Part shown: positions 28,936 through 41,796 of the stretch, piece by piece
Position numbering within the stretch: the stretch's first letter is position 1
Layout: each line of letters opens with the position of its first letter
Assembly: GCA_964637135.1 (NCBI GenBank)
Contig: CAZWTX010000022.1
Coordinates: 1-43,411, forward strand
Origin: an uncultured Methanospirillum sp.
Lineage (GTDB): Archaea > Halobacteriota > Methanomicrobia > Methanomicrobiales > Methanospirillaceae
Direction of reading: 5' to 3'
DNA length: 43,411 bases
The notes under the pieces: model-generated
The model's input: the letters and a program-made list of their open reading frames with translations, nothing else
What the model was told of the DNA's origin: nothing
Database searches by the model: none
Program-made: the position numbers and the translations under genes

Positions 28936-29499
28936 TCACAACCGGTCTTCCTCAAGGCAGGAACTGCAGATAAGCGAGCCGTCGATGCACTGCAGATCAT
29001 CCGACATCTTTCCGCACCTGCTGCAGGTGCCGCTTATCTCATCCTGCCGGTTTATCATGGCGAGTTCGGACATCATCTCATTGATTTCGGTTGCAACTGC
29101 GACGATATCCCTGACGCTCACGATTCCGATCACAACCCCTTTCTCGTTCACGATCGGGAGCCGTCTGACCCGGTTCTTGATCATCAGGTGGGCTGCATCC
29201 TCAACCGTCTTGTCTGCATGAAGGGTGATAAGCGGAGCGGTCATGATCTCGTGGACAGAGACTTCACTTGGTTTCAGGTCCTTGGCTACGACCTTACAGT
29301 TGATATCCTGCTCTGTCACGATCCCCACGGCAACATGCTCGCGGAGAACGATACAACTGCCTGAGGTGTCCCTGCTACACATCTTCCGGGCTGCATCCGC
29401 CACCGTTGCATGATAATCAATGCTCTTTGGGTTTGTGCGCATGATCTCCCGTACGGGGACCTTTGTCTCGAGTGTCATACTCTCGTTGGTATAGGTCAT
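28936..29499 (-). CDS. CBS-pair protein with C-terminal Zn ribbon
   Basis: GIVTEQD, RRLPIV, GIVSVRD; CSRCG...ICSSC; start re-assigned to ATG 29499 after GAGGTGA. Confidence 0.88.
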   Translation of the reverse strand: MTYTNESMTLETKVPVREIMRTNPKSIDYHATVADAARKMCSRDTSGSCIVLREHVAVGIVTEQDINCKVVAKDLKPSEVSVHEIMTAPLITLHADKTVEDAAHLMIKNRVRRLPIVNEKGVVIGIVSVRDIVAVATEINEMMSELAMINRQDEISGTCSRCGKMSDDLQCIDGSLICSSCLEEDRL

Positions 29500-29659
29500 T
29501 GAAATCTCACCTCGCAGTACCCGGGCAGATGCTCCAGTCAGATAATTATCGGTATTCTGTATTAATCCATCGGTCAAAAGACATTTTGCGTTTTTTTAAA
29601 AACCCGAATGATGAAGTATGACAAGGATAATAATACTCCTGATCATATCCCTGTAGAGG

Positions 29660-29681
29660 CCTCCCCGTTTCACGTGAAACG
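29660..29681. promoter_or_regulatory. Perfect 16-bp palindrome with adjacent G-string (ORB-like / parS-like protein-binding site)
   Basis: CGTTTCACGTGAAACG at 29666-29681; minus strand reads GTTTCACGTGAAAC-GGGGAGG; palindrome certain, function inferred. Confidence 0.55.
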
Positions 29682-29712
29682 ACCTCTTCAGCCATAACAG
29701 GAACGATAACCA

Positions 29713-30342
29713 ATGGGAATAAGCCAGACCCTATCACGTATCCTTTCCGGACTGTTTCAGAAGAAAACATCCAGGATCGGAATTTACGGGCCACCGAATG
29801 CGGGAAAAACAACCCTTGCGAACAGGATCGCGGAAGACTGGTCAGGAGGGATCTCAGGAACGGTCAGCGAGATCCCACACGAGACAAGACGGGCACGAAG
29901 GGCTGAAAATCTGACCATATCCGGAAATGACGGCCGTTCTATCACGATCGATATCGTTGACACCCCTGGCGTCACCACGAAGATCGACTACAAGGAATTC
30001 CTTGAGTTCGGGCTCGGGCGTGAAGAGGCAATAGATCGTGCCAGGGAAGCGACCGAAGGGGTCGCAGAAGCGATGCACTGGCTCAGGGAAGACATTGACG
30101 GGGTCATATACATGATCGATGCTACTGCCGACCCGTTCGCACAGGTGAATATCATGATGGTCGGGATCATCGAGAGCAGGAAACTGCCGGTTGTCATAGC
30201 GGCGAATAAAACCGATCTCCCGGATGCCGCACCCCAGCGGATCAGGAGTGCCTTTCCCCAGCATCCGGTAGTTCCGGTATCCTGCCTGACCGGCCAGAAG
30301 ATTGAAGATCTCTATGAAGAGATGATCAGGACGTTCAGGTGA
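29713..30342 (+). CDS. oapA: Era-like small GTPase OapA/ArvA
   Basis: G1 GPPNAGKTT, IPHETRR, G3 DTPG, G4 NKTD; followed by DUF2073 and Zn-ribbon genes. Confidence 0.88.
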   Translation: MGISQTLSRILSGLFQKKTSRIGIYGPPNAGKTTLANRIAEDWSGGISGTVSEIPHETRRARRAENLTISGNDGRSITIDIVDTPGVTTKIDYKEFLEFGLGREEAIDRAREATEGVAEAMHWLREDIDGVIYMIDATADPFAQVNIMMVGIIESRKLPVVIAANKTDLPDAAPQRIRSAFPQHPVVPVSCLTGQKIEDLYEEMIRTFR

Positions 30343-30710
30343 TGACGATGCAGGGTGTCAGGGTAGATCTCATCTCCGAAGAACGCCTCTCCCGGATGAC
30401 CTCGATGGAGAAAGTGAGGCTCATCCTCGACAACGTCAGGGGAGGTACCATCGTGATCCTCGAGACCGGGCTTTCTCCCGATGAACAGAGTGCCCTCATC
30501 GAGATGACCATGCAGGAGATTCTTCCGGACGGATTCTCAGGTATCGAGATAGAGACATATCCAGGAAAACAGCGGCCGGCCGGAGTGCTGGCACGGTTCA
30601 TGCGGGGGGAAGAGGAACACCGCCGGATGACGGTCATCGGGCCGGCAAACCAGCTCAAGATGATCCGGAAAGACAAGGATCTGATCAGTGCCTGGATCTC
30701 GTCAGGGTAG
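30339..30710 (+). CDS. oapB: OapB/ArvB (DUF2073) protein
   Basis: SMEKVRLILD.V..G.IVILE.GL.PDEQS.LIE.TM, FSGIEIETYP, TVIGPANQL; start could be 30342 or 30348. Confidence 0.85.
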   Translation: MMTMQGVRVDLISEERLSRMTSMEKVRLILDNVRGGTIVILETGLSPDEQSALIEMTMQEILPDGFSGIEIETYPGKQRPAGVLARFMRGEEEHRRMTVIGPANQLKMIRKDKDLISAWISSG

Positions 30711-30712
30711 CT

Positions 30713-31093
30713 ATGCCTCACATCTGCTCACAATGCAAAAAACGGTATGACGATGTCGCTGAACTGCGCAACGGCTGTCCGGCATGCGGGTGTGGCAGAT
30801 TTGAATACGTCTCGGGCCGGGGACGGCGGGAACCCGGCCCGGTGAGTGAGGAGCCGGCAGAAAATCAGGATAACAATGAGAAGGCAGGACAACCTGCCGG
30901 ATCCCCGTCCGCACCAATCCCGTACCGGGCAGACCCGGATGCCCCGGAGAGTATCCGGATCATCGAGCCCGGAAGGTATGATGTAAACCTCCTGCGCCTT
31001 GCCACGTCCGATGACCGGGTTGTAAAAGTCGGCGACGAGGAGAACTACCGGCTTGATCTCCACTCGATGATGCGGAAAAAGAAAAAGAAGTGA
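30713..31093 (+). CDS. oapC: OapC/ArvC Zn-ribbon protein (DUF2072-like)
   Basis: MPHICSQC...GCPACG..F.Y, ESIRI..PG.Y..NL; poly-Lys C-terminus. Confidence 0.85.
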   Translation: MPHICSQCKKRYDDVAELRNGCPACGCGRFEYVSGRGRREPGPVSEEPAENQDNNEKAGQPAGSPSAPIPYRADPDAPESIRIIEPGRYDVNLLRLATSDDRVVKVGDEENYRLDLHSMMRKKKKK

Positions 31094-31114
31094 TGGCCGG
31101 GTACACAGGTCTAT

Positions 31115-31420
31115 TTACGAGATATTATCCACCGCATACCCTTTGTTGCTGAGCAGGCCGATAACCCGCTCTCTGTGATTCCCCTGCAGTTCAATGGAGT
31201 TTCCTTTAACGGTGCCTCCACAGGCAAGTTTCCCTTTCATGAACTTGGAGAGGTCTTCAAGATCAATATCGGTCGGGTCAAGGCCTTCAATAACGGTGAC
31301 TTCTTTCCCGTACCGACGTTTATTGACCTTTACATTAATTCGCTGCTGTTCCTTGGCAACTTCTTCACAGATGCAGAGCTCCTTTGGTAGCCCACAGATG
31401 GAGCAAATACCACCATTCAT
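31115..31420 (-). CDS. Translation initiation factor SUI1/aIF1 (YciH family)
   Basis: [38 protein letters not shown]. Confidence 0.94.
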   Translation of the reverse strand: MNGGICSICGLPKELCICEEVAKEQQRINVKVNKRRYGKEVTVIEGLDPTDIDLEDLSKFMKGKLACGGTVKGNSIELQGNHRERVIGLLSNKGYAVDNIS

Positions 31421-31552
31421 TACTTATACCATCTCAGGTTTTACTATTAAAGACTTAGTACACTTGAGCCGCTCATGGCCTCCCGTTTCTATATACCTCA
31501 GTGTACTGCCTGTCGCTGGAGCCAAATAGGGGAGAGATCCAACCTCAGATAA

Positions 31553-33004
31553 ATGTCGCTCATGGTCCTCGGGACATCTTCCCACGTGGGAAAGAGTACA
31601 ATGGTCGCTGCCATCTGTCGGATCCTGAAACGGGAAGGGATCACCTCTGCCCCGTTCAAGTCCCAGAACATGAGCCTGAACTCGTACGTCACGAAAAGCG
31701 GCGGAGAAATCGGAATTGCCCAGGCAATGCAGGCGTTCGCTGCCGGGCTTGAGCCGGAGATCGAGATGAACCCGATCCTCCTCAAGCCGAAGGGGGACAT
31801 GACCTCCCAGATTGTACTTCTCGGCAGGCCGTACCGCGATGTCAGGGCCGGGGAGTATTACCGGGAAACCGACGAACTCCTGAAGACTGCTCTTACATCG
31901 GCAGAAACACTCATCCGGCGGTATGGATCCCTCGTCGTCGAGGGAGCCGGCGGCGCCGCCGAGATGAACCTGTATGATCGCGACATCGCCAACATCAGGC
32001 TGGCAAGAGCGCTCAGATTTCCGATCATCCTGGTGGGTGACATCGAACGGGGCGGGATATTTGCCCAGGTATATGGCACCATTGCGCTCCTCCCTGAGGA
32101 TATCAGGCCCCTTGTGAAGGGGATCATCGTCAACAAGTTCAGGGGAGATCCGTCCCTCTTTGCAGACGGGATGGAGATCCTCAGGGATATCTGCCATGTT
32201 CCGATCCTTGGACTGGTTCCGATGACCGATATCGCAATACCAAGCGAGGATTCGCTCTCTATTGGCGATAAAAAAATAAACGAATCCCCGATCCGGATAG
32301 CAGTCATCAGGCTCTCGCGGATATCGAACTTCACCGATTTTGAGCTTCTCGAGCGGTATGCCTCGGTCAGGTACGTAATCCCTGGTGAACCACTCACCGG
32401 GTATGACGCGATCATCATCCCGGGCACGAAGAATACGATAGAAGACCTTGACGAGGTGATCCGTGCCGGAACTGCTGATGCCATCCGGAACGCCAGGAGC
32501 ATGGGAGCCGTTATCATCGGAATATGCGGCGGATACCAGATGCTCTGCTCAGCTATCACCGACTCAGGGATCGAATCATCTGCCGGAACCTACCCGGGGA
32601 TTGGCCTGATCCCGGCGACTACCTCATTTGGAGATTATGAAAAGACAACGGTGCAGGTGAAACGGATCTCAACCGGGTATGGGCCGATCCTCTCACGGAT
32701 CAGCGAGGTTGAAGGATATGAGATCCACATGGGAGAGACCGACCGGGCCGGAATGCGGGAGGCATTTTCAGGCGAAGGCATTGTCAGCGACGACGGACTC
32801 GTGATAGGAACCTACATGCACGGTCTGTTCCAGAATAAAAGCGCCGTTTCCGGTCTCGTCGGTTATCTCGCCGAACGACGGGGGATTCCGGCAATGGTTG
32901 AGGAGCACAAGGACGAAGATCCCTTCGATCTCCTTGCCGACCACGTGGCAGGGCATGTTGATACCGGTCTCCTTCTCTCGATATTCAAAACCGGTACCGC
33001 CTGA
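31553..33004 (+). CDS. cobQ: Cobyric acid synthase
   Basis: [50 protein letters not shown]. Confidence 0.95.
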   Translation: MSLMVLGTSSHVGKSTMVAAICRILKREGITSAPFKSQNMSLNSYVTKSGGEIGIAQAMQAFAAGLEPEIEMNPILLKPKGDMTSQIVLLGRPYRDVRAGEYYRETDELLKTALTSAETLIRRYGSLVVEGAGGAAEMNLYDRDIANIRLARALRFPIILVGDIERGGIFAQVYGTIALLPEDIRPLVKGIIVNKFRGDPSLFADGMEILRDICHVPILGLVPMTDIAIPSEDSLSIGDKKINESPIRIAVIRLSRISNFTDFELLERYASVRYVIPGEPLTGYDAIIIPGTKNTIEDLDEVIRAGTADAIRNARSMGAVIIGICGGYQMLCSAITDSGIESSAGTYPGIGLIPATTSFGDYEKTTVQVKRISTGYGPILSRISEVEGYEIHMGETDRAGMREAFSGEGIVSDDGLVIGTYMHGLFQNKSAVSGLVGYLAERRGIPAMVEEHKDEDPFDLLADHVAGHVDTGLLLSIFKTGTA

Positions 33005-33018
33005 CCACAATCAGCCAG

Positions 33019-33278
33019 TCAGCTGATCACGTTCATGATACTCCTGAATCCTTCCCCACGGCTGTCATCGCAGATGACTGCTTCACCTTTTTTCAGGTCA
33101 ACCTCGGTCGTGGACCGCGAGAGCGTGCAGAAGGCTCGTGCCGGAGAGGCTACCTCTTTTCCCCCAACCACAAATCGTACAGAATGGGCACAAAACCGGC
33201 ATTTATCCAGAGACTCATCTCTTTTCGGCAGACAACCGACAGTTCCGTTCCTGGCCGGAAGGGTGCGCAGGGGCATGC

Positions 33279-33282
<4 letters not shown>
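33019..33282 (-). CDS. Small Cys-rich hypothetical protein
   Basis: 87 aa, five Cys including CRFCAH; 4-bp overlap with upstream gene. Confidence 0.65.
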
Positions 33283-35888
<2,606 letters not shown>

Positions 35889-35933
35889 ATGAATAAGTAC
35901 AATGTCCAAAGATTACATAATAGGTTCATCGGG

Positions 35934-36239
35934 ATGAGTTATCTCTTCTATATCGCCCTCTTCGGGGTGCTTGTTGTTTTCTTCCTCTGGCTCCGCGACG
36001 TGCGTATCTTTGTCAGAACCGGGCTGCCCGGATTCCGGAGAGCAGCATACCGGGGAGTGCTTTACACGGCGCTTTCCATCTTCGGAGCCGGACTCATTGC
36101 TATCTATCCAGGGATTGATATCATGGGAACCGGGATCATGCTTCTCGGTCTGTTCCTGCAGGGGAAGGAAGAGCGGGAGAAAATATGGACGAATGAACCG
36201 ACCCGTGACCGGTTGCTGGGTACGGCACCGCGACGATAA
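35934..36239 (+). CDS. Small membrane protein (about 3 TM), first gene of hisS operon
   Basis: MSYLFYIALFGVLVVFFLWLRDVRIF..., three hydrophobic segments; longer ORF-track start overlaps larB so ATG 35934 chosen. Confidence 0.7.
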   Translation: MSYLFYIALFGVLVVFFLWLRDVRIFVRTGLPGFRRAAYRGVLYTALSIFGAGLIAIYPGIDIMGTGIMLLGLFLQGKEEREKIWTNEPTRDRLLGTAPRR

Positions 36240-36253
36240 AGGAGACAGAACAG

Positions 36254-37483
36254 ATGCTCAGTAAACCCCGGGGTACCAGGGACATGCTCCCTGACGAGAT
36301 GGAGAAACGCAGGGAGATCGAGGCACGAATGCGGGCACGGGCACGGACATTCGGGTATCGTGAGGTTTCAACTCCCGTATTTGAGGAACTGGAACTCTTC
36401 ACCATCCGGTCGGGAGAGGGGATCATCGACGAGATGTACGTCTTCGAGGACAAGGGGGGCAGGTCGATGGCCCTCCGCCCTGAACTAACCGCACCGGTGC
36501 TCCGGACCTATGTCAACGAAGGGAGATCCCTTACCAAACCGGTAAAATGGTGTTATTTTGCCGACTGTTTCCGGTATGAACGCCCCCAAAAAGGCAGGTA
36601 CCGACAGTTCTGGCAGTTTGGGATTGAACTCATCGGCGCTGACTCTGCGATGGCAGATGCCGAGGTGATCGCCGTTGCAGACGATGTCCTTCGTGCGTCA
36701 GGAGTCACCTTCACCCTGAAGATCGGGCATCTCTCCTTCATGCGGACACTTCTTTGTGATCTTAACCCGGCAGACCAGAAACGGGTGCGGGCACACCTTG
36801 ACAAGCGTGACGAGGAAGGGGCAGCGGCATTCCTCGACGGGATCGGGAGAGGGGATCTCAGGGATCCCCTCCTGAGGCTGGTTGCTGCCCGGAGCCTCGA
36901 AGCGGTCTTCACCGTTATCGGGGATATCCCGGAGAGGGCACGTATCGAGGAGACCTTTGCCATCCTCGATGCCCTTCATATCCCGTACGAGATCAATCCG
37001 GCAATCGCCCGGGGGCTTGACTATTACACCGGGATCGTCTTCGAATGTTTTGCCGAGGGACTCGGGGCAGAGAACCAGATTCTTGGTGGCGGAGCGTACC
37101 GACTTGCCCACCTCTTCGGGGGAGAGGATACCCCTTCGGTCGGATTTGCAATCGGGTTTGACCGGGTACTCGTGGCACTCGGCGAGAAGATCTGGCGTGC
37201 TGATACTCCTGAAGTGGTGGTTATCTTCACGCCTGAGGCACGGGACCGCGGGCTGGCCGTCGCAAAGGAACTGCGCAGTATCGGGATCAACACCGCAATC
37301 GATCTCCTCGGCCGGAGTTTCTCGGCACAGATGAAGAATGCCGGAAAGACCGCGGCCTATGCGGCCATCATCGGACACGAGGAGATTGCGTCAGGCTCGG
37401 TCACGTTCCGGGATCTCTCTGCCGGCACCCAGGAGACCGTTCCGCTGGCCACGGTCATATCCCGGCTGACCGGAACGCCCTGA
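36254..37483 (+). CDS. hisS: Histidine--tRNA ligase
   Basis: [50 protein letters not shown]. Confidence 0.96.
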   Translation: MLSKPRGTRDMLPDEMEKRREIEARMRARARTFGYREVSTPVFEELELFTIRSGEGIIDEMYVFEDKGGRSMALRPELTAPVLRTYVNEGRSLTKPVKWCYFADCFRYERPQKGRYRQFWQFGIELIGADSAMADAEVIAVADDVLRASGVTFTLKIGHLSFMRTLLCDLNPADQKRVRAHLDKRDEEGAAAFLDGIGRGDLRDPLLRLVAARSLEAVFTVIGDIPERARIEETFAILDALHIPYEINPAIARGLDYYTGIVFECFAEGLGAENQILGGGAYRLAHLFGGEDTPSVGFAIGFDRVLVALGEKIWRADTPEVVVIFTPEARDRGLAVAKELRSIGINTAIDLLGRSFSAQMKNAGKTAAYAAIIGHEEIASGSVTFRDLSAGTQETVPLATVISRLTGTP

Positions 37484-37508
37484 CCTTTTTTTCCGAATAC
37501 GGAGGCAC

Positions 37509-39314
37509 ATGTCAAGTCTCGCAGAAGAACTGGCAAAACAGCAGCGGAGTATCAGCGTAGCAGAATTCTTCGAGAAAAACAAGCACCTTCTCGGATTTGA
37601 CTCCCCAACCCGCGGAATCATCACCACCGTCAAGGAAGCAGTGGATAACGCCCTCGATGCCTGTGAAGAAGCAGGCGTCCTTCCCGATATATACCTCGGG
37701 ATCTACCGGATGGATGATGATGTCCTCAGGGTCATTGTCGAGGATAACGGGCCGGGAATTGTGCCTGAGAACATTCCCTATGTCTTTGGAAAACTCCTCT
37801 ATGGTTCCCGGTTTCACCAGATCAGGCAGTCACGCGGACAGCAGGGGATCGGAATCTCCGCGGCAGTCCTCTACGCCCAGCTGACAACCGGCCGTCCTTC
37901 CCTGATCATCTCCCGGTGCGGGGCTGACCGGGCAGCATGGCGGCTTAAGATCCAGATCAGGACCGAGACAAATGAACCAGAGGTCCTTGAGAAAGAGGAG
38001 TATTCATGGGACCGGACCCATGGAACGAGGATCGAGATTGAATTTAAAAGCAGCCTTTCGGCGAAGAAACGCCTGATCGAGTACCTCCGGTACACTTCAG
38101 TCGTCAATCCCCATGCCCGGATCCGCGTGGATCTCGATGGAGAATCACTCCTCTTTGACCGGGCCAGTGACGAGCCGATCATTCCCCCGAAGGCGATCCA
38201 GCCCCACCCGCATGGAGTGGAACTCGGGGAACTGAAACGGATGGCAGCAGCCGTTGATGAAGGGCTCGGCGACTTTCTCGTAAACCGGTTCTCACGTATC
38301 GGGGCAAAGACCGCAAAAGAGATCCTTGCTGCTGCCGGACTCGATGCTGCCCTGCCAACCTCACGGCTCACTCCGGAGACACTCTCCGCCCTTCATACGG
38401 CGATGCAACAGGCAAAGGTTCCGCCACCGCCGGCGAATCAGTGTCTCTCCCCGATCGGAGAGGATCTCATCAGGCAGGGACTCGAAAAGGAATTCCAACT
38501 GGACTATATCGGGGCGAGAACAAGACCGCCGGCAGTCTTTCACGGTCACCCATTCATCGTCGAGGCAGCCCTCGGCTGGGGAGGAAAACTCGAGACTGAG
38601 GGAAATGCCCGGATCATGCGATTTGCCAACCGTGTTCCGCTCATGTACCAGCAGGGAGCCTGTGCCGTCACCGGGAGTATCATGAATGTAAACTGGCGTA
38701 CCTACGGTATCAGCCAGCAGGGCCTCCCGACCGGTCCGGTGATCATTCTCGTCCATGTCGCTTCGACGAATGTTCCCTTCACCAGCGAGTCGAAAGATGC
38801 CGTCGCTCCGATCCCGGAGATCGAGAAAGAAATCACCCTCGCTCTCCAGGATCTCGGACGGGATCTGAAAACATTCATCTCGCGTAGGGACAAAAGCCGG
38901 CTCACCGAGGAGCGGGCACGGGCAATCTGTGCGATTATTCCTGAGATAGCAGCCAAGGTAGCCGAGACGATAGAGATGCCCGTTCCCGATATCTCTCCGA
39001 TCGAAGGGCAGATAATGCGCCGGCTTGTCGGGAAAAAAAAGACGGAGAAGAATGTTGTCTCCATCATTGTTACCAATTACATGGCAAAAGCACAGGCGAT
39101 CATGATCTACTGGATCGGGCAGGATGACCCGTCAAAGGCAGATCCGGCACCCGGTTTTGTCGAGGCAATCGGAACGGATTTCTCGGCGGTCTGGCAGGTG
39201 ACGATCATGCCGGGAGAACGCTTCGAAACCTCGTTCCCCGGTGCAGGGCGGGGAATGATCGATATTCGCGGCGTGGACGAGAAGAAGAAGGTGGTGATCG
39301 ATCTTGATAGATAA
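37509..39314 (+). CDS. top6B: DNA topoisomerase VI subunit B
   Basis: [51 protein letters not shown]. Confidence 0.96.
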   Translation: MSSLAEELAKQQRSISVAEFFEKNKHLLGFDSPTRGIITTVKEAVDNALDACEEAGVLPDIYLGIYRMDDDVLRVIVEDNGPGIVPENIPYVFGKLLYGSRFHQIRQSRGQQGIGISAAVLYAQLTTGRPSLIISRCGADRAAWRLKIQIRTETNEPEVLEKEEYSWDRTHGTRIEIEFKSSLSAKKRLIEYLRYTSVVNPHARIRVDLDGESLLFDRASDEPIIPPKAIQPHPHGVELGELKRMAAAVDEGLGDFLVNRFSRIGAKTAKEILAAAGLDAALPTSRLTPETLSALHTAMQQAKVPPPPANQCLSPIGEDLIRQGLEKEFQLDYIGARTRPPAVFHGHPFIVEAALGWGGKLETEGNARIMRFANRVPLMYQQGACAVTGSIMNVNWRTYGISQQGLPTGPVIILVHVASTNVPFTSESKDAVAPIPEIEKEITLALQDLGRDLKTFISRRDKSRLTEERARAICAIIPEIAAKVAETIEMPVPDISPIEGQIMRRLVGKKKTEKNVVSIIVTNYMAKAQAIMIYWIGQDDPSKADPAPGFVEAIGTDFSAVWQVTIMPGERFETSFPGAGRGMIDIRGVDEKKKVVIDLDR

Positions 39315-40401
39315 GGAAGAGAGACGCGAACACACCCTGGAACGGCTCCTGTCCATTCCGAAACAGTGGTACGGGCAGATGACAGCGGGTGAGATCCCGT
39401 CCATCACGATGCCGACCCGGACCAAGCGGAATATCGAGTACGACGAGGCCACCGAGGTCTGGAAGTACGGCGACCGGGAACGGCTCAGGGAAGCAGGGAG
39501 TGAAAAAAGTGCCCTGCATATCCTGAAAATGGCGTATGTCGTCTGGTTCATCAAGCACCAGATCATGACAAGCCGATCTTCGACCTTAAGAGAACTCTAT
39601 TACATCTCAGAAGGCTGGAACAAGGCAAAATTCGCCGCACAGAACGATTCAAATCTTCTCATTGAGGATCTCGAGATCCTTACCGAGTGCCAGCGGGAGA
39701 ACTTCAACCTCCGTCCGGAAGAGGACGGGGCATCGCTCTTCGGACCGATCCGGATCCGGGAAGAGACACGGCGGGGAACCAAGGACATCCACTGCCAGGA
39801 AGATGTCGGGGAGGCAGGGTACCAGATCCCGACGAACACCGGGTCACTCGAATTTCTCGACCATGATGCGAAGATGGTCATTGCCATAGAGACCGGCGGT
39901 ATGTATGCCCGGCTGATCGAGAACGGGTTTGACGAGAAATACCAGGCAATTCTCGTCCACCTGAAAGGACAACCGGCCCGGTCAACCCGCCGGGTATTAA
40001 ACCGGCTCGCTTCCGAGTTTGAACTTCCGGTGACGGTCTTTACCGATGGTGACCCGTGGTCATACCGGATCTTTGCAAGTGTTGCGTACGGGGCGATCAA
40101 AAGTGCCCATATTTCAGAGATCCTTGCAACCCCGTCAGCCAGGTTTATCGGCGTTCAGCCGAGCGATATCAGGGATTACGATCTCCCCTCTGACAAGCTG
40201 ACCGAACAGGACATCGCTGCCCTCAAGGCAGAACTGTCCGACCCCCGGTTTGGATCGGCCTACTGGGAGGAACAGATCAACCTCCAGCTCGCTCTCGGTC
40301 TGAAGACTGAACAGCAGGCATTTGCATCCCGGGGCCTTGATTTCGTCACCGATGAGTACCTCCCGGCACGACTTGCAGAGATGGGAATTCTCACCAGGTA
40401 G
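39304..40401 (+). CDS. top6A: DNA topoisomerase VI subunit A (Spo11 family)
   Basis: TLRELYY (catalytic Tyr), AIETGG, KGQP, FTDGDPW, K.EQQ; TTG start after GGTGGTGA. Confidence 0.96.
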   Translation: MIDKEERREHTLERLLSIPKQWYGQMTAGEIPSITMPTRTKRNIEYDEATEVWKYGDRERLREAGSEKSALHILKMAYVVWFIKHQIMTSRSSTLRELYYISEGWNKAKFAAQNDSNLLIEDLEILTECQRENFNLRPEEDGASLFGPIRIREETRRGTKDIHCQEDVGEAGYQIPTNTGSLEFLDHDAKMVIAIETGGMYARLIENGFDEKYQAILVHLKGQPARSTRRVLNRLASEFELPVTVFTDGDPWSYRIFASVAYGAIKSAHISEILATPSARFIGVQPSDIRDYDLPSDKLTEQDIAALKAELSDPRFGSAYWEEQINLQLALGLKTEQQAFASRGLDFVTDEYLPARLAEMGILTR

Positions 40402-40581
40402 AGCAGGATGGAAAAACCTGAGGACTATTCTGAACAGGGACGGCGCCATATAATTGTGTTATACAAAAAACCCGGAACCGGTATACCAGGAATATACACT
40501 CCCATCTGCAAGAAGTGATCCTCATGGTATTCTTCTGACTTCTCCGCTACATCCATCATAACCCGATACCAACCTTTCTCC

Positions 40582-41403
40582 ATGGATCCCCTCTCACTAT
40601 CGCCGTTCATGCTCCCGCTTCTCGTGAACGCGATCCTTCTCGGTATCACCCTTATCTACGGATGCATCGAGGACATCAGGGAACGTGCGGTTCCCGTGGT
40701 CATGTGGTACCCGATGCTTGTCATTGCCGGGCCGCTTACGATCTGGTTCTGGTATACCGCCATCACCGCCGGGTACCTCCCGTACCTCATGCCCTTCATT
40801 CCGATGATCCTCTTCTTCGTCATCTCGTTCTTCCTCTTCACGTACTTCAATCTCGTCGGGATGGCTGATGCAAAAGCCCTCATCTTCATTACCCTGCTCA
40901 TTCCCTGTTTCCCGATAGTACCGCTCTTCGGGTACCCGCCATTCGGATCTGCCCCGTTTGTCTTTCTCCCGTTTAGTGTCCTCTTCAACGCGGTCATCTT
41001 CAACCTCCTCCTCCCGATGGGACTGTTCCTGTACAACATCCTGAACGGGAACCGGGCCCCGCTCCCATACCTCTTCCTCGGATACCCGGTCAGGGGAGAT
41101 ATGATTGAACACTCGTTCGGGATCGTGATGGAAGAATTCGAACTGAAAGAAGGAGCATTATCCCGCCGGTTCATCGGGATCGGGCCGGCGATTCGTGATC
41201 TTGTGGCCGGAGGAAAACGGGTGTACACGAAAGATCTCAAGGAAAACCCGGAACAATACACGGCAGAACGTGCCATCTACCGTCAGGCCGGAACAGTCTG
41301 GATCAGTTACGGTGTTCCGTTCCTCGTCCCGATAACGCTCGGGCTCGTATCCGCCATTCTCGTTGGTGACATCTTTACGATCCTCATCCGGAGCCTTATA
41401 TGA
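40582..41403 (+). CDS. A24-family prepilin/prearchaellin peptidase (PibD/FlaK-like)
   Basis: D..ER.V and GMADAK catalytic-Asp motifs, C-terminal [13 protein letters not shown]. Confidence 0.85.
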   Translation: MDPLSLSPFMLPLLVNAILLGITLIYGCIEDIRERAVPVVMWYPMLVIAGPLTIWFWYTAITAGYLPYLMPFIPMILFFVISFFLFTYFNLVGMADAKALIFITLLIPCFPIVPLFGYPPFGSAPFVFLPFSVLFNAVIFNLLLPMGLFLYNILNGNRAPLPYLFLGYPVRGDMIEHSFGIVMEEFELKEGALSRRFIGIGPAIRDLVAGGKRVYTKDLKENPEQYTAERAIYRQAGTVWISYGVPFLVPITLGLVSAILVGDIFTILIRSLI

Positions 41404-41771
41404 TCACACCGGAATTCAATGGAGACGGACTCGTCCCGGTGATCGTCCAGGATACGGAGACCGGGGACGTGCTGATGCTTGCCTGGGCTGATGAAGAGGC
41501 AATCCATATGACCATACAAACCGGTTTTGCCCATTATTTCAGCCGGAGCAGGAAGAGGATCTGGAAGAAAGGAGAAGAGTCAGGACATACCCAGGCGGTT
41601 CATGAGATCAGGGTCGACTGCGATGCAGACACCCTCCTCTATATCGTGTCGCAGAAAGTTGCGGCCTGCCATACCGGTCACCGGTCGTGTTTTTACCGGA
41701 CAATTGACGGTAAAATAATTGGAGACCGCGTATTTGAGCCTGAAGAAGCATATAATAAAAAGAATGAGTGA
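41400..41771 (+). CDS. hisI: Phosphoribosyl-AMP cyclohydrolase
   Basis: [36 protein letters not shown]. Confidence 0.96.
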   Translation: MITPEFNGDGLVPVIVQDTETGDVLMLAWADEEAIHMTIQTGFAHYFSRSRKRIWKKGEESGHTQAVHEIRVDCDADTLLYIVSQKVAACHTGHRSCFYRTIDGKIIGDRVFEPEEAYNKKNE

Positions 41772-41796
41772 CCACTTTATAGAAGGTGAAATATTT

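Noticed and set aside
37486..37492. T7 tract between hisS and top6B
   Set aside because: Could be a partial terminator, but the 25-bp gap carries an SD and nothing more can be shown from sequence
40408..40518. 36-aa ORF MEKPEDYSEQGRRHIIVLYKKPGTGIPGIYTPICKK after top6A
   Set aside because: No motif or other support; overlaps AT-rich sequence that is more likely promoter
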